Under the pieces are notes generated by a model. The model was not told the origin of the DNA. It worked only from the letters and a program-made list of their open reading frames with translations, and searched no databases. Both the position numbers and the translations under genes were made by a program. Below, one piece after another: positions 55,297-63,935 of a stretch of 64,000 nucleotides of DNA. Source of the DNA: Candidatus Saccharimonadales bacterium (GTDB lineage: Bacteria > Patescibacteriota > Saccharimonadia > Saccharimonadales > SZUA-47). Positions within the stretch are counted from its first letter, which is position 1. Each line of letters starts with the position of its first letter. Where the stretch lies: positions 33-64,032 of the forward strand of contig JBBQVE010000005.1 of assembly GCA_038211855.1 (NCBI GenBank), given 5' to 3'.

Positions 55297-56898
55297 ATGC
55301 GACTTCTGTCAAAGCTAGCCACCCGTATCAATCGTGCGGTCCTGGCTACCGTGCTCATTGGTATTGCGCTTGTTCCACTCACTGGTCTTATAACCCCTGC
55401 AACTGCTTCTGCATCTGCTTGTGAATATACAGGTGGTGGTGGTGGTGGAGCGGGTGGTTCTCCACCACTCATTAATCTAGAAGGACATTCCGTTTCTTTA
55501 GACAGTACAGTGAACAAGGTGGGCTTCGAGTTTTCGCCGCAATCGAATTGGAATGCTAATAATTTATTAGATATTAGCGGCATTGGGCTGGCCGATTCCG
55601 GCTGTGCCTCACTAAGCTCAAGTGTACAGTTTTCATTAGACCACAGCGGCAAATTAACAATGTTCTACTACGACAACAATCGTAGCGCTGTTTTTGTTTC
55701 AAGCACTGATTATAATGTTATTGATGGCGGCGTTACGGCAACAGTTGATTCTAATATCAAAAGTATGTCAGCAACCTATACGTTTCCAACAATCCTTGCT
55801 TCTACTACTGACGTTATCTCGGTCGATCTAACTACGGATGCGGGTTTTGTTGATGTCTTTGCAAAATCAGGTTCAGGCACAGACACGAAGCTTATTAATT
55901 TCAAGTCTCCAACCGGCACAACTTCTTTCTACGGAAACAATGGTAAGGGTATAGCTTTCCAATATAGTGCCATCGATCAGACGCAAGCATCTTGTACGGC
56001 AATCACTGGTTCGAATGAGTTGTTGGTTCACGTACTCGCTGGCGGCGTCGGTGGAACCCCAGTAGTACTATCTGCCACCCCAGACATCTATGCCGCTTGT
56101 AACAACTTTGACAAGACTTCGTACGACTCAAGCACAAAAACAGCCTCACTTAAATATGATGTTGCTGGTGTTTCTCCAAACCACGTTATTAAGCTGACGA
56201 GTGACCAAAGTAGTCTAAAAGCTAAGACCACGGATTCGTATATAGATCGCTTCACTTCAATAGCAGTTTCCACCGATCACATGTATTTCACCGATTACTT
56301 TAATTCAGGTAGTAGTGCATCGCAGCCTCTTTACTTCACTACGAGCGAGTCACAGGACGGTAAATCCCTCCCTAAGAGCACACCTTGGCCTATTGCGGGT
56401 GGCGTATTTGACATGAGCTCTAAAGATGTAGATTTAGCCGCGGGTGGTGTCGTCTTTGATACCTCACTGTCGGGACATGCCGCTGTTGCCCATAATATGA
56501 ACAAAGTCACAAAAGACGGTACATTCACGCTCTTCATTCCTTATAAGGACAAAGACAACTACGTTGGTCTTTGTGCTGGTGCTGCTGATCTTTCAGCAGT
56601 CGGTAACAAGTGTAGTGGCATCTACTATCTTAAAGACGGTCAGACCAAAAAGAATAGCGACACCAAGTCAATACCTGTAGGGCACAGTGTCAAAGCGTCA
56701 ATTGTCACTGTCGGGGTTACGAAGTTCTGGCAGGTCGAAGGCCTGACGGGTACTGGTGGCTTCAGCACGACCCTCGTCAGCGATCCTGCAACCGGAATTT
56801 CCGTTAGCGCAACTAGCACTCCAGCGGTCGTTGCAGTTGTTTTCGCCACAATCGTACTCGCATTTGCTGCTCGTCGCTACGCAACCGTTAAGAAGTAA
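55297..56898 (+). CDS. cell-surface protein with C-terminal sorting-signal-like tail (candidate sortase substrate)
   Basis: AAGGAA SD and a signal peptide (...ATASASA). A Gly tract follows. The C-terminus is DPATG + ISVSATSTP + a hydrophobic stretch (AVVAVVFATIVLAFAA) + RRYATVKK. Confidence 0.75.
   Translation: MRLLSKLATRINRAVLATVLIGIALVPLTGLITPATASASACEYTGGGGGGAGGSPPLINLEGHSVSLDSTVNKVGFEFSPQSNWNANNLLDISGIGLADSGCASLSSSVQFSLDHSGKLTMFYYDNNRSAVFVSSTDYNVIDGGVTATVDSNIKSMSATYTFPTILASTTDVISVDLTTDAGFVDVFAKSGSGTDTKLINFKSPTGTTSFYGNNGKGIAFQYSAIDQTQASCTAITGSNELLVHVLAGGVGGTPVVLSATPDIYAACNNFDKTSYDSSTKTASLKYDVAGVSPNHVIKLTSDQSSLKAKTTDSYIDRFTSIAVSTDHMYFTDYFNSGSSASQPLYFTTSESQDGKSLPKSTPWPIAGGVFDMSSKDVDLAAGGVVFDTSLSGHAAVAHNMNKVTKDGTFTLFIPYKDKDNYVGLCAGAADLSAVGNKCSGIYYLKDGQTKKNSDTKSIPVGHSVKASIVTVGVTKFWQVEGLTGTGGFSTTLVSDPATGISVSATSTPAVVAVVFATIVLAFAARRYATVKK
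55432..55446 (+). repeat. (GGT)5 trinucleotide repeat encoding part of a Gly tract
   Basis: ggtggtggtggtggt followed by gga gcg ggt ggt, encoding G46-G54 (GGGGGGAGG). Confidence 0.95.
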
Positions 56899-56968
56899 TT
56901 AATCCCAAAAAGCCCGCTCCAAAACCCTAAAACGTTTCGCTCAAACAAAACCAAAAAGGCACTCAAAA

Positions 56969-57967
56969 ATGGACGCTCCAAAACCAAAACACAAGTTGTT
57001 ATCGGATGTGCAAACTGGCCCTCGGCAGGCGCATGTTCAACGCGTCCCGCAGTCCGTTGAACACAGGCTGGTTTTGACGGGGAAGCGACCGATACCAGCG
57101 GTCCATGGCTATGCTCGCTTTTACCGTGCACCAGCAGATGTCGCAACCGTAAAAGCGGTGACGCGGGAGCCGGTGCCACAGGAGAGACTATTGGCCCTTC
57201 AAGCAGTCACGCAGGCAAGGCCGGCAACTCCAGAGAGACACGACTTCACAGCGGTATCTTCTAAAAAGAAAAGAACTCGACGGTCAGGTAAGCTGGTTCA
57301 TCGGACGGCTAATGTACTTATTGCGCTCACAATCATCATGAGTGGCGTCATGGGCGTCATGGTCTACCGCTATCACCTTGCTTTGCAGAAAGTTGAAGCT
57401 TTACCGCTGCAGGCTGCCGTTGATGGTACTAGCGACGCGTCGCCACCTACTGCAGGTCCAGCATCGTCTGCCAACCTAAGCGAAGCAAAAACTGCCGGCT
57501 CGACGGTAAGCGCCAACCGACTTGCACCAGGAACGCCATACAAGATTTCGATTCCAAAATTGAAAGTTTCCGGACCGATTATCAGTGTTGGAGTCACAAA
57601 GAGCGGGGCGATGAATGTGCCTAGCAATATCTGGCAGGCCGGCTGGTATAAAACGAGCGCCAAGCCATCAGAAAACACTGGTGTCGTGGTGATAAACGGT
57701 CATGTCCATGGTCCGACACAGCCAGGTATATTTGCAAATCTGATTAAGCTGAAAGCAGGTGATGCAATCACCGTAACGGATGCCGGCGGTACCACCTATA
57801 ACTACAAGGTTGATTCATCACAGAGCTTCAAAGCCGGTGAGGCCAACGAGAGCCTGATGCAATCTGCCTCACCAACCAAGCAGGGGCTTAATCTCGTCAC
57901 GTGTACGGGCCAAATAAAAGATAGCGAATACCAGGACCGTTTAGTAGTGTTCGCCGAACGGGTGTAA
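56969..57967 (+). CDS. sortase (class F-like) with long N-terminal cytoplasmic extension
   Basis: TM helix at about residue 120. Catalytic-domain motifs VVINGHVHGP (His), LNLVTCTG (TLxTC Cys), and RLVVFAERV (Arg). Confidence 0.85.
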   Translation: MDAPKPKHKLLSDVQTGPRQAHVQRVPQSVEHRLVLTGKRPIPAVHGYARFYRAPADVATVKAVTREPVPQERLLALQAVTQARPATPERHDFTAVSSKKKRTRRSGKLVHRTANVLIALTIIMSGVMGVMVYRYHLALQKVEALPLQAAVDGTSDASPPTAGPASSANLSEAKTAGSTVSANRLAPGTPYKISIPKLKVSGPIISVGVTKSGAMNVPSNIWQAGWYKTSAKPSENTGVVVINGHVHGPTQPGIFANLIKLKAGDAITVTDAGGTTYNYKVDSSQSFKAGEANESLMQSASPTKQGLNLVTCTGQIKDSEYQDRLVVFAERV

Positions 57968-57977
57968 GATTAAAAGA

Positions 57978-59024
57978 ATGGCAGATAAAAAACAAAGCAA
58001 GCTCAAGACAGCGCTCAGTGTCATAACGATCATTGCGCTTATATTCTTTGTATACGCCTTGCGCCATCAAATAATCGATACCTTCCGAAATCTACGTAAT
58101 GTGAATCCTTGGGCGATTGCGCTGCTGCCGTTTATTCAGCTTATAAACTACCATGCCTATGCCAAGATGTATCAGAATATATACCGTACGCTCGGTGACG
58201 AGCTTGCATACAAGCAACTTTTCAAAGTGCAATTAGAACTTAACTTTGTGAATCATGTGTTGCCGAGTGGCGGTGTATCTGGAATTTCATATTTTAGCGT
58301 GCGAATGCGCAGCCTGGGTATTGGAGCGGGTAAGTCAACGCTCGTACAGTTTATTAAGTTTGGCCTCGTTTTTATATCGTTTCAAGTGCTTCTGGCATTT
58401 GGTTTAGTAGCCTTGGCGATTGTTGGACATGCCAGTCCACTGCTGATTTTAATTGCCGGTAGCCTTTCTACGCTGCTGTTTGTCGGTACATTCTTCGCTG
58501 CCTATATGCTCGGTAGCCGCGAGCGTATCAATAGCTTTTTCATTTTCTTTACGAGGGCATTAAACAAATTTATCTCGTTTTTCCGCCGCGGCCAACATGA
58601 AACAATCAAGATCGATAAGGTTCGTGATACCTTTAATGAGCTACATGATAATTATCTGCTGATTCGCCGAAACCTTGGTCAGATGAAGTTGCCGCTGGTG
58701 TGGGGCCTGGTCGCTAATCTTACAGAGGTACTGACTGTGTATGCAGTCTATATAGCCTTCGGTAAGTTTGTAAATATTGGCGCCGTGACGATTGCATACG
58801 CAGTGAGTAATTTTGCTGGTCTAGTGTCGGTCTTGCCTGGCGGTATCGGTATCTATGAGGCCCTCATGACCGGTACCCTCGTAGCGGCTGGAGTTCCTGC
58901 GGCTTTGTCATTACCGGTGACCGTCATGTACCGTATCTTGAGCGCGCTGATTCAGTTACCCCCGGGCTACTACTATTATCATAAGTTTCTCAACCGGACA
59001 GACAAAGCTGCACCACACGCTTAA
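57978..59024 (+). CDS. flippase-like / lysylphosphatidylglycerol-synthase-TM-region family membrane protein
   Basis: 348 aa, about 8 TM helices, with the basic N-terminus MADKKQSKLK. The overall pattern resembles the UPF0104/LPG_synthase_TM family (by eye). Confidence 0.55.
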   Translation: MADKKQSKLKTALSVITIIALIFFVYALRHQIIDTFRNLRNVNPWAIALLPFIQLINYHAYAKMYQNIYRTLGDELAYKQLFKVQLELNFVNHVLPSGGVSGISYFSVRMRSLGIGAGKSTLVQFIKFGLVFISFQVLLAFGLVALAIVGHASPLLILIAGSLSTLLFVGTFFAAYMLGSRERINSFFIFFTRALNKFISFFRRGQHETIKIDKVRDTFNELHDNYLLIRRNLGQMKLPLVWGLVANLTEVLTVYAVYIAFGKFVNIGAVTIAYAVSNFAGLVSVLPGGIGIYEALMTGTLVAAGVPAALSLPVTVMYRILSALIQLPPGYYYYHKFLNRTDKAAPHA

Positions 59025-59039
59025 GCTACAATAAGAGCA

Positions 59040-60143
59040 ATGGAAGACATTCAACTCGAGGTTTCTGATGCGGTGGCGCTGTTTAACCAGACGCTTGATT
59101 ATGCCTATCCGAGTGTGACGATTGTTGGGGAGCTCGCTAACTTCCGTGTGTCACGGGGCAAGTGGGTTTATTTTGATCTTAAGGACGAGTACGCCCTGAT
59201 GCGCTTCTTTGGCACGGTGTACAGCTTGCCGGGGCCGCTAGAAGACGGTATGAAACTGGCCGTCCGTGGCCGTCCGCATATCCATGAACAGTATGGATTC
59301 AGCATTCAAGTGTCTTCAGTGCAGCCGGTGGGCGAGGGCAGTATCAAAAAGGCCGCCAACTTATTGGCGACGAAGCTCGAAGCTGAAGGGTTGTTTGACC
59401 CAGAGCGCAAAAGACCGATTCCGTATCCGCCACGGACCATCGGATTGATTACATCCATGCAATCTGCGGCCTATGCTGATTTTATTAAAGTCACGGCTGC
59501 GCGTTTTGGTGGTCTGGATATTCAAGTCTATGACTCACAGGTACAGGGCGAACAGGCCATCGCCGACGTATTGGCGGGACTGAAATACTTTAACGAGACT
59601 GGTGATACACCTGACGTGATTGTAATGACACGTGGGGGCGGTAGTGCCGAAGATTTAGCCGTTTTCAGTAACGAGCTGGTAGTAAGGGCTGTAGCCGCGA
59701 GCCGAGTACCGATACTAGTCGCTATTGGTCACGAAGTTGATATTTCGCTCGCCGAACTGGCCGCCGACGCACGGGCCTCGACGCCTAGTAACGCCGCCGA
59801 ACTCCTCGTGCCCGACAAAAAGGACCTCCTCATGCAATTCGAAGACAAAAAATTATGGTTAGCGAAGGGTCTGAGCCAGCAGCTCGAATCACTCAAGAGC
59901 TGGTTAGAATCGAGCACTGAACAGCTCACCAGTACAATCAACTTAGAACTACAAAATCAGGAAGATGACTTACGCGCCAAAGCCCGCCTGCTGGAGGTTT
60001 TAAGCCCGCAAGCAGCCCTAAACAGGGGATATGCGCTCGTCCACACCAGTGGTAAACTCGTCAAAAGCGCCAAAATGCTCAAGTCCGCAGACATCATCGA
60101 CATAAATTTTAAAGACGGGAACGTCAAAGCGAGAGTACACTAA
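59040..60143 (+). CDS. xseA: exodeoxyribonuclease VII large subunit
   Basis: OB-fold N-terminus VTIVGELANFRVSRGKWVYFDLKDE, and catalytic core ITSMQSAAYADF...RGGGSAEDL. Confidence 0.93.
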   Translation: MEDIQLEVSDAVALFNQTLDYAYPSVTIVGELANFRVSRGKWVYFDLKDEYALMRFFGTVYSLPGPLEDGMKLAVRGRPHIHEQYGFSIQVSSVQPVGEGSIKKAANLLATKLEAEGLFDPERKRPIPYPPRTIGLITSMQSAAYADFIKVTAARFGGLDIQVYDSQVQGEQAIADVLAGLKYFNETGDTPDVIVMTRGGGSAEDLAVFSNELVVRAVAASRVPILVAIGHEVDISLAELAADARASTPSNAAELLVPDKKDLLMQFEDKKLWLAKGLSQQLESLKSWLESSTEQLTSTINLELQNQEDDLRAKARLLEVLSPQAALNRGYALVHTSGKLVKSAKMLKSADIIDINFKDGNVKARVH

Positions 60144-60147
60144 CCAT

Positions 60148-60339
60148 ATGGCAAGGTCACAAAAAACAACTTTCGAACTGCAAACTGAACTTGACGAACT
60201 TTTGCTCTGGTTTGAGTCCGATAAAGTCGATATTGACGAAGCAGTTGCAATGTATGAGCATGGCCTGCAGCTGATTGCCGAACTGCAGACTCGTTTGAAG
60301 ACGGCCGAAAACACGATTAAGAAAATATCCAAAGCCTGA
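60148..60339 (+). CDS. xseB: exodeoxyribonuclease VII small subunit
   Basis: 63 aa, FELQTELDELLLWFES...DEAVAMYEHGLQLIAELQTRL. Confidence 0.9.
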   Translation: MARSQKTTFELQTELDELLLWFESDKVDIDEAVAMYEHGLQLIAELQTRLKTAENTIKKISKA

Positions 60340-60827
60340 TGCTTATCGCCTGGGCTATTGGCATTGCGCTCATCTTATTGTTTGGGTTTACGGCTTTTTT
60401 TGGCGCACCGTTCCTGCCGACGCTTGCCAACCGGACGAAAGATGCGCTTGATTTACTCGATTTAAAACCCGGCGAGCGGTTACTGGAGCTAGGCAGCGGC
60501 GACGGGCGTTTATTGGCGGAAGCGGCCAAGCGGGGCATCGACTCGATTGGCTACGAGTTAAATCCACTACTCGTCTGGTATTCTCGCATAAAACTATTGC
60601 GCTATCGAAATCTCACCACTGTTAAATGTGTAAATTATTGGACACATAAGTTGCCTGAAGCCGAAGGTATTTACGTCTTTTTACTGAATCCGTACATGGA
60701 AAAACTGGACAAAAAAATCAAAAAAGAAGCCAAAAAACCAGTGAAACTCGTCAGTTTTGCCTTTGAAATCCCGGGCAAAACATCAACCAAAGAAATCAAA
60801 GGTATGCGCTTATACTTGTATAAGTAA
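60339..60827 (+). CDS. membrane-anchored class I SAM-dependent methyltransferase
   Basis: N-terminal TM helix, GAPFLPT, then SAM motif LLELGSGDGRLL. Confidence 0.75.
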   Translation: MLIAWAIGIALILLFGFTAFFGAPFLPTLANRTKDALDLLDLKPGERLLELGSGDGRLLAEAAKRGIDSIGYELNPLLVWYSRIKLLRYRNLTTVKCVNYWTHKLPEAEGIYVFLLNPYMEKLDKKIKKEAKKPVKLVSFAFEIPGKTSTKEIKGMRLYLYK

Positions 60828-60854
60828 CAGATTTTGTTTACCATAAGAACAATC

Positions 60855-61523
60855 ATGAAACGTTCGAACCAGTGGGGTGCAATCAGTATCGCGGTCATCG
60901 TGGCCGTCACCATGTCTATGCTTTTTATAGGCGCGGTGATTTTTGGAGTTATTACATATTCTGGGGAGCAGGATTACAAGAACAACACAAATCAAAAGAT
61001 TGATACTGCGATTGAGGTCACCAAGAAGCAAGAAGACACCACCAAAGATAATCAGTTTGCTGAAGATTCCAAAAAGCCAACCAAGAACTATCAAAGCTCG
61101 GCAACATTTGGCAGCGTGTCATTTGATTATCCTCGGACATACAGTGGCTACGTCGTGGAGACAAATACAGATAGTAGCAAACCGGTCGATGGCTACTTCC
61201 ATCCAAATATTGTCCCATCAATTACTGATGACTCTGTTTCCTACGCTTTACGCATCAACGTCGTTAGTACGACGTATGATTCGATACTTAAGACGTATGC
61301 GCAGAATATCAAAATTGGCACTGTAAAAGCGGCGCCATTTCGCGCTGCCAAAGTGCCACAGACTTTAGGAACGCGCCTTGATGGACAGATTTTTGTAAAG
61401 AAATCCGGAACGATGATCGTGTTGCCGCTGCGTGACAAGACAATAGAAATCTGGACAGAGTCGAGTCAGAACGCCGGTGACTTTAGTAAGTTCGTCATTC
61501 CAAGTATCAACTTCGTACCGTAG
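60855..61523 (+). CDS. hypothetical membrane-anchored exported protein
   Basis: MKRSNQWGAISIAVIVAVTMSMLFIGAVIFGVI anchor plus a soluble domain of about 180 aa. The ORF track start 60834 (TTG) is the alternative. Confidence 0.55.
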   Translation: MKRSNQWGAISIAVIVAVTMSMLFIGAVIFGVITYSGEQDYKNNTNQKIDTAIEVTKKQEDTTKDNQFAEDSKKPTKNYQSSATFGSVSFDYPRTYSGYVVETNTDSSKPVDGYFHPNIVPSITDDSVSYALRINVVSTTYDSILKTYAQNIKIGTVKAAPFRAAKVPQTLGTRLDGQIFVKKSGTMIVLPLRDKTIEIWTESSQNAGDFSKFVIPSINFVP

Positions 61524-61590
61524 TAAAAGAGACTGCAATTATAAAATCTTGTCGGTGCTATACTCAGTTATAGACATATAAGGGGTAACG

Positions 61591-62277
61591 ATGGCTGTAA
61601 ACGGGCACGATGCTTTGCAAGAAGATTCACTCTTCAGTGCGCTTGCTGAAGACCTAAAAACACCTTTCTTACGCATTGCGTATCAAGCCGAAGTTTCGGC
61701 AGCTGCGGATATTAAAATGACTGCCGTTGCTGCCCTCAGACTGATCGATGCTTATCTGTTAAGCACCAAATCGCAAGCTCAATTTGAACTCGAGCCAGTC
61801 AACCCAGATGCTGTACTTGTTGACGTGGCGCACGAACTCTCCGCCCATGCTCGGCGATTTGATTGCGAGCTACAACTCAGTCTGCCAACGCAGCACGGCG
61901 CGGCTTTGCTCCATCGTCAAGCCTTGACCTCGGCCCTGACGGCAATTGGCATGGTCTTCATTGAGGCGCAGGGCATTATGGGTGGTACACGTATCATTAA
62001 GATGGCTGCTTACCGCACTCCAAAAGGAATATCAGTTGGCCTGTTTCAAACCGAAGGTCTCAGCACGATTAACGCGCAACTGCTATCGCGCGCCCGAACG
62101 CACGTTGGCAGTGCGGCGCGACCTTTTGCGGGCCTGGCGAGCGGTGCTGCCGCTCAACTATTCGTGGCGGAGCGGTTGCTGACTGGTATGCAGTCATCAT
62201 TACGATCCGCCAAACGCGGTGGCCTCGTTGGCCTCGCCGCTGACTTATTGCCATCGAGCCAATTGCACTTAATATGA
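61591..62277 (+). CDS. soluble histidine-kinase-like protein with degenerate H-box (His replaced by Glu) and degenerate ATP-binding boxes
   Basis: LFSALAEDLKTPFLRI aligns to the HisKA H-box xxSHELRTPLxxI, with Glu20 at the His position. The C-terminal half has HATPase_c-like spacing, but no clear N or G1 box. No TM or sensor domain. Confidence 0.55.
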   Translation: MAVNGHDALQEDSLFSALAEDLKTPFLRIAYQAEVSAAADIKMTAVAALRLIDAYLLSTKSQAQFELEPVNPDAVLVDVAHELSAHARRFDCELQLSLPTQHGAALLHRQALTSALTAIGMVFIEAQGIMGGTRIIKMAAYRTPKGISVGLFQTEGLSTINAQLLSRARTHVGSAARPFAGLASGAAAQLFVAERLLTGMQSSLRSAKRGGLVGLAADLLPSSQLHLI

Positions 62278-62651
62278 AAACTACCTCCGTCAAACAAGTC
62301 TTGCTCATCGAACCTGATAGTGTGCAAGGACTGGCAATCACACGCCTGCTAAGCACAGCGTCACTGCAGCTGCATATTGCATCCAGCGCGCAGAGCGCCG
62401 TCTCAACTGCCGATGGTATCGTACCCAATGCGGTGATATTGGAACTTGCTTTACCAGAGCACAACGGCATCGAATTTCTGCATGAATTCCGTAGTTATCC
62501 GGAGTGGGCCGAGGTACCGATCATCATCTTTTCGCAACAGCGCGTAGATGACGTCACCGTATTTAAAGGCCTCGGCGATATCACGTATCTCTACAAACCG
62601 ACGACGAGCCTCGCAGCCTTAAAAAAGCAACTCGAGCATGTATTAGCGTGA
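62274..62651 (+). CDS. receiver-domain protein with Glu at the phospho-acceptor position (atypical/pseudo-receiver)
   Basis: VLLIEPD, AVILELALPEHNG (canonical DLxMP has Asp where Glu57 sits here), IIIFS and YLYKP are retained. Overlaps the upstream gene by 4 nt. Confidence 0.7.
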   Translation: MKTTSVKQVLLIEPDSVQGLAITRLLSTASLQLHIASSAQSAVSTADGIVPNAVILELALPEHNGIEFLHEFRSYPEWAEVPIIIFSQQRVDDVTVFKGLGDITYLYKPTTSLAALKKQLEHVLA

Positions 62652-63331
62652 AGCAGATCGCCACCGAAGCAATCGTTCTAGGCCGCATCGACTTCGGTGA
62701 AGCTGGTCGTATCCTGACGCTGCTTACCAAGGATCAAGGCAAAATCAGCGCCCTCGCCAAAGGCGTTCGGCGCCCCAAAAGCAAGCTTGCTGGCGGCGTA
62801 GAGCTGTTCACAATTTCAGACATAGTCTACATCGACGGCAAAGGCGACATCAAAACCCTCGTATCTGCCCAGCTCAAAACAAACTTCCAATACATTAACA
62901 GCGACATCACGCGTAGTATGTTGGCCTACGACGTACTCAAATACACTAATCTTTACACCGAAAGTGTGTGTGAAGACAGCTATTTTGAGCTCGTCATCAC
63001 CGTATTTGGTAACCTGCAAAATAGGGAATTAGATCCTGCAATTATCTGGCTGTGGTTTGGTGCTCAGTTGTTGGAACTATCAGGTCACGCCATCAACGTT
63101 GCGACCGATGCCGACGGCAATCAGCTGCTAGCCACTGACAAGTTTAGGTTTGATTACGAGAATATGGCATTCATGCCGGCTGCGCAGGGGAGTTTTACGG
63201 CAAAACACATCAAAGTCGTCCGTTTGTGCCAGCAGTTTGACGCAGCGCATATCTCATCTGTACAAGGCGTAACGGAGGCGGCAAAAGCCATGCATATCCT
63301 TATTCTAGAATGTATCAAGTACAACAACTAA
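62648..63331 (+). CDS. recO: DNA repair protein RecO
   Basis: EAIVLGRIDFGEAGRILTLLTKDQGKISALAKGVRRPKSKLAGGVELF is an OB-fold N-terminus. GTG start overlapping the upstream stop. Confidence 0.9.
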   Translation: MKQIATEAIVLGRIDFGEAGRILTLLTKDQGKISALAKGVRRPKSKLAGGVELFTISDIVYIDGKGDIKTLVSAQLKTNFQYINSDITRSMLAYDVLKYTNLYTESVCEDSYFELVITVFGNLQNRELDPAIIWLWFGAQLLELSGHAINVATDADGNQLLATDKFRFDYENMAFMPAAQGSFTAKHIKVVRLCQQFDAAHISSVQGVTEAAKAMHILILECIKYNN

Positions 63332-63334
63332 TTA

Positions 63335-63363
63335 TTGACATAAGCGCTATTATGCTGTATAGT
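63335..63363 (+). promoter_or_regulatory. consensus promoter (TTGACA-17 nt-TATAGT)
   Basis: TTGACA at 63335-63340 and TATAGT at 63358-63363, immediately after the recO stop. Confidence 0.6.
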
Positions 63364-63373
63364 CATAATCACT

Positions 63374-63496
63374 ATGAATAAAACAAAAATGTTCGAATTC
63401 ACCAACAACCCAAAAACTCCACAGGAATTCATGGCTGCCCGCATGGCCAGCTTCGTCTTGCCTCATACACTTGAAGTCGTCAGGGTAGAGGCTTAA
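63374..63496 (+). CDS. possible 40-aa micro-protein
   Basis: ATG 10 nt after the -10. MNKTKMFEFTNNPKTPQEFMAARMASFVLPHTLEVVRVEA. Its 3' end carries the SD (AGAGG) of the next ORF, and its stop lies 4 nt before ATG 63501. It is below the ORF-track size cutoff. Confidence 0.3.
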   Translation: MNKTKMFEFTNNPKTPQEFMAARMASFVLPHTLEVVRVEA

Positions 63497-63500
63497 AATA

Positions 63501-63860
63501 ATGAAACCAACACCCCTGCCACTAAGCGCTACGGTCGTAAACGCGCAACTCGATACTGCTTCAGAAACCGCATTTATGGAGCAAGGATTAAGCGATAAGC
63601 CATATGACTGGGCACATGAAAAGCCAACCGTAGAGCCTGCCGTCGATACAGCTCAGTTAGAGAGAGCAGATACACAACGATTCTTGAACGAACTCAAAGG
63701 TGAAACTGAAGCCCGCAACGGCGTACTAGGTGTCGGACGTTTTGCTATGAACTATAGTGGAGGTTTGGTAGAACCAGTCGGTAAGAGCGAACAGATTGAT
63801 TCCGATCCAACTCCTGCTCATGGTACAGAACGACCCGCCATCATTCCTGATGCTGCCTAG
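63501..63860 (+). CDS. orphan acidic protein (119 aa)
   Basis: SD AGAGG 10 nt upstream. No signal peptide and no recognisable family. Confidence 0.5.
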   Translation: MKPTPLPLSATVVNAQLDTASETAFMEQGLSDKPYDWAHEKPTVEPAVDTAQLERADTQRFLNELKGETEARNGVLGVGRFAMNYSGGLVEPVGKSEQIDSDPTPAHGTERPAIIPDAA

Positions 63861-63935
63861 TTACGACTAACATGACGAACACTACGATAGCTTAGCCCGT
63901 TTCTTATTTGCGCGACCTCAGTTATACTAGAGTCA

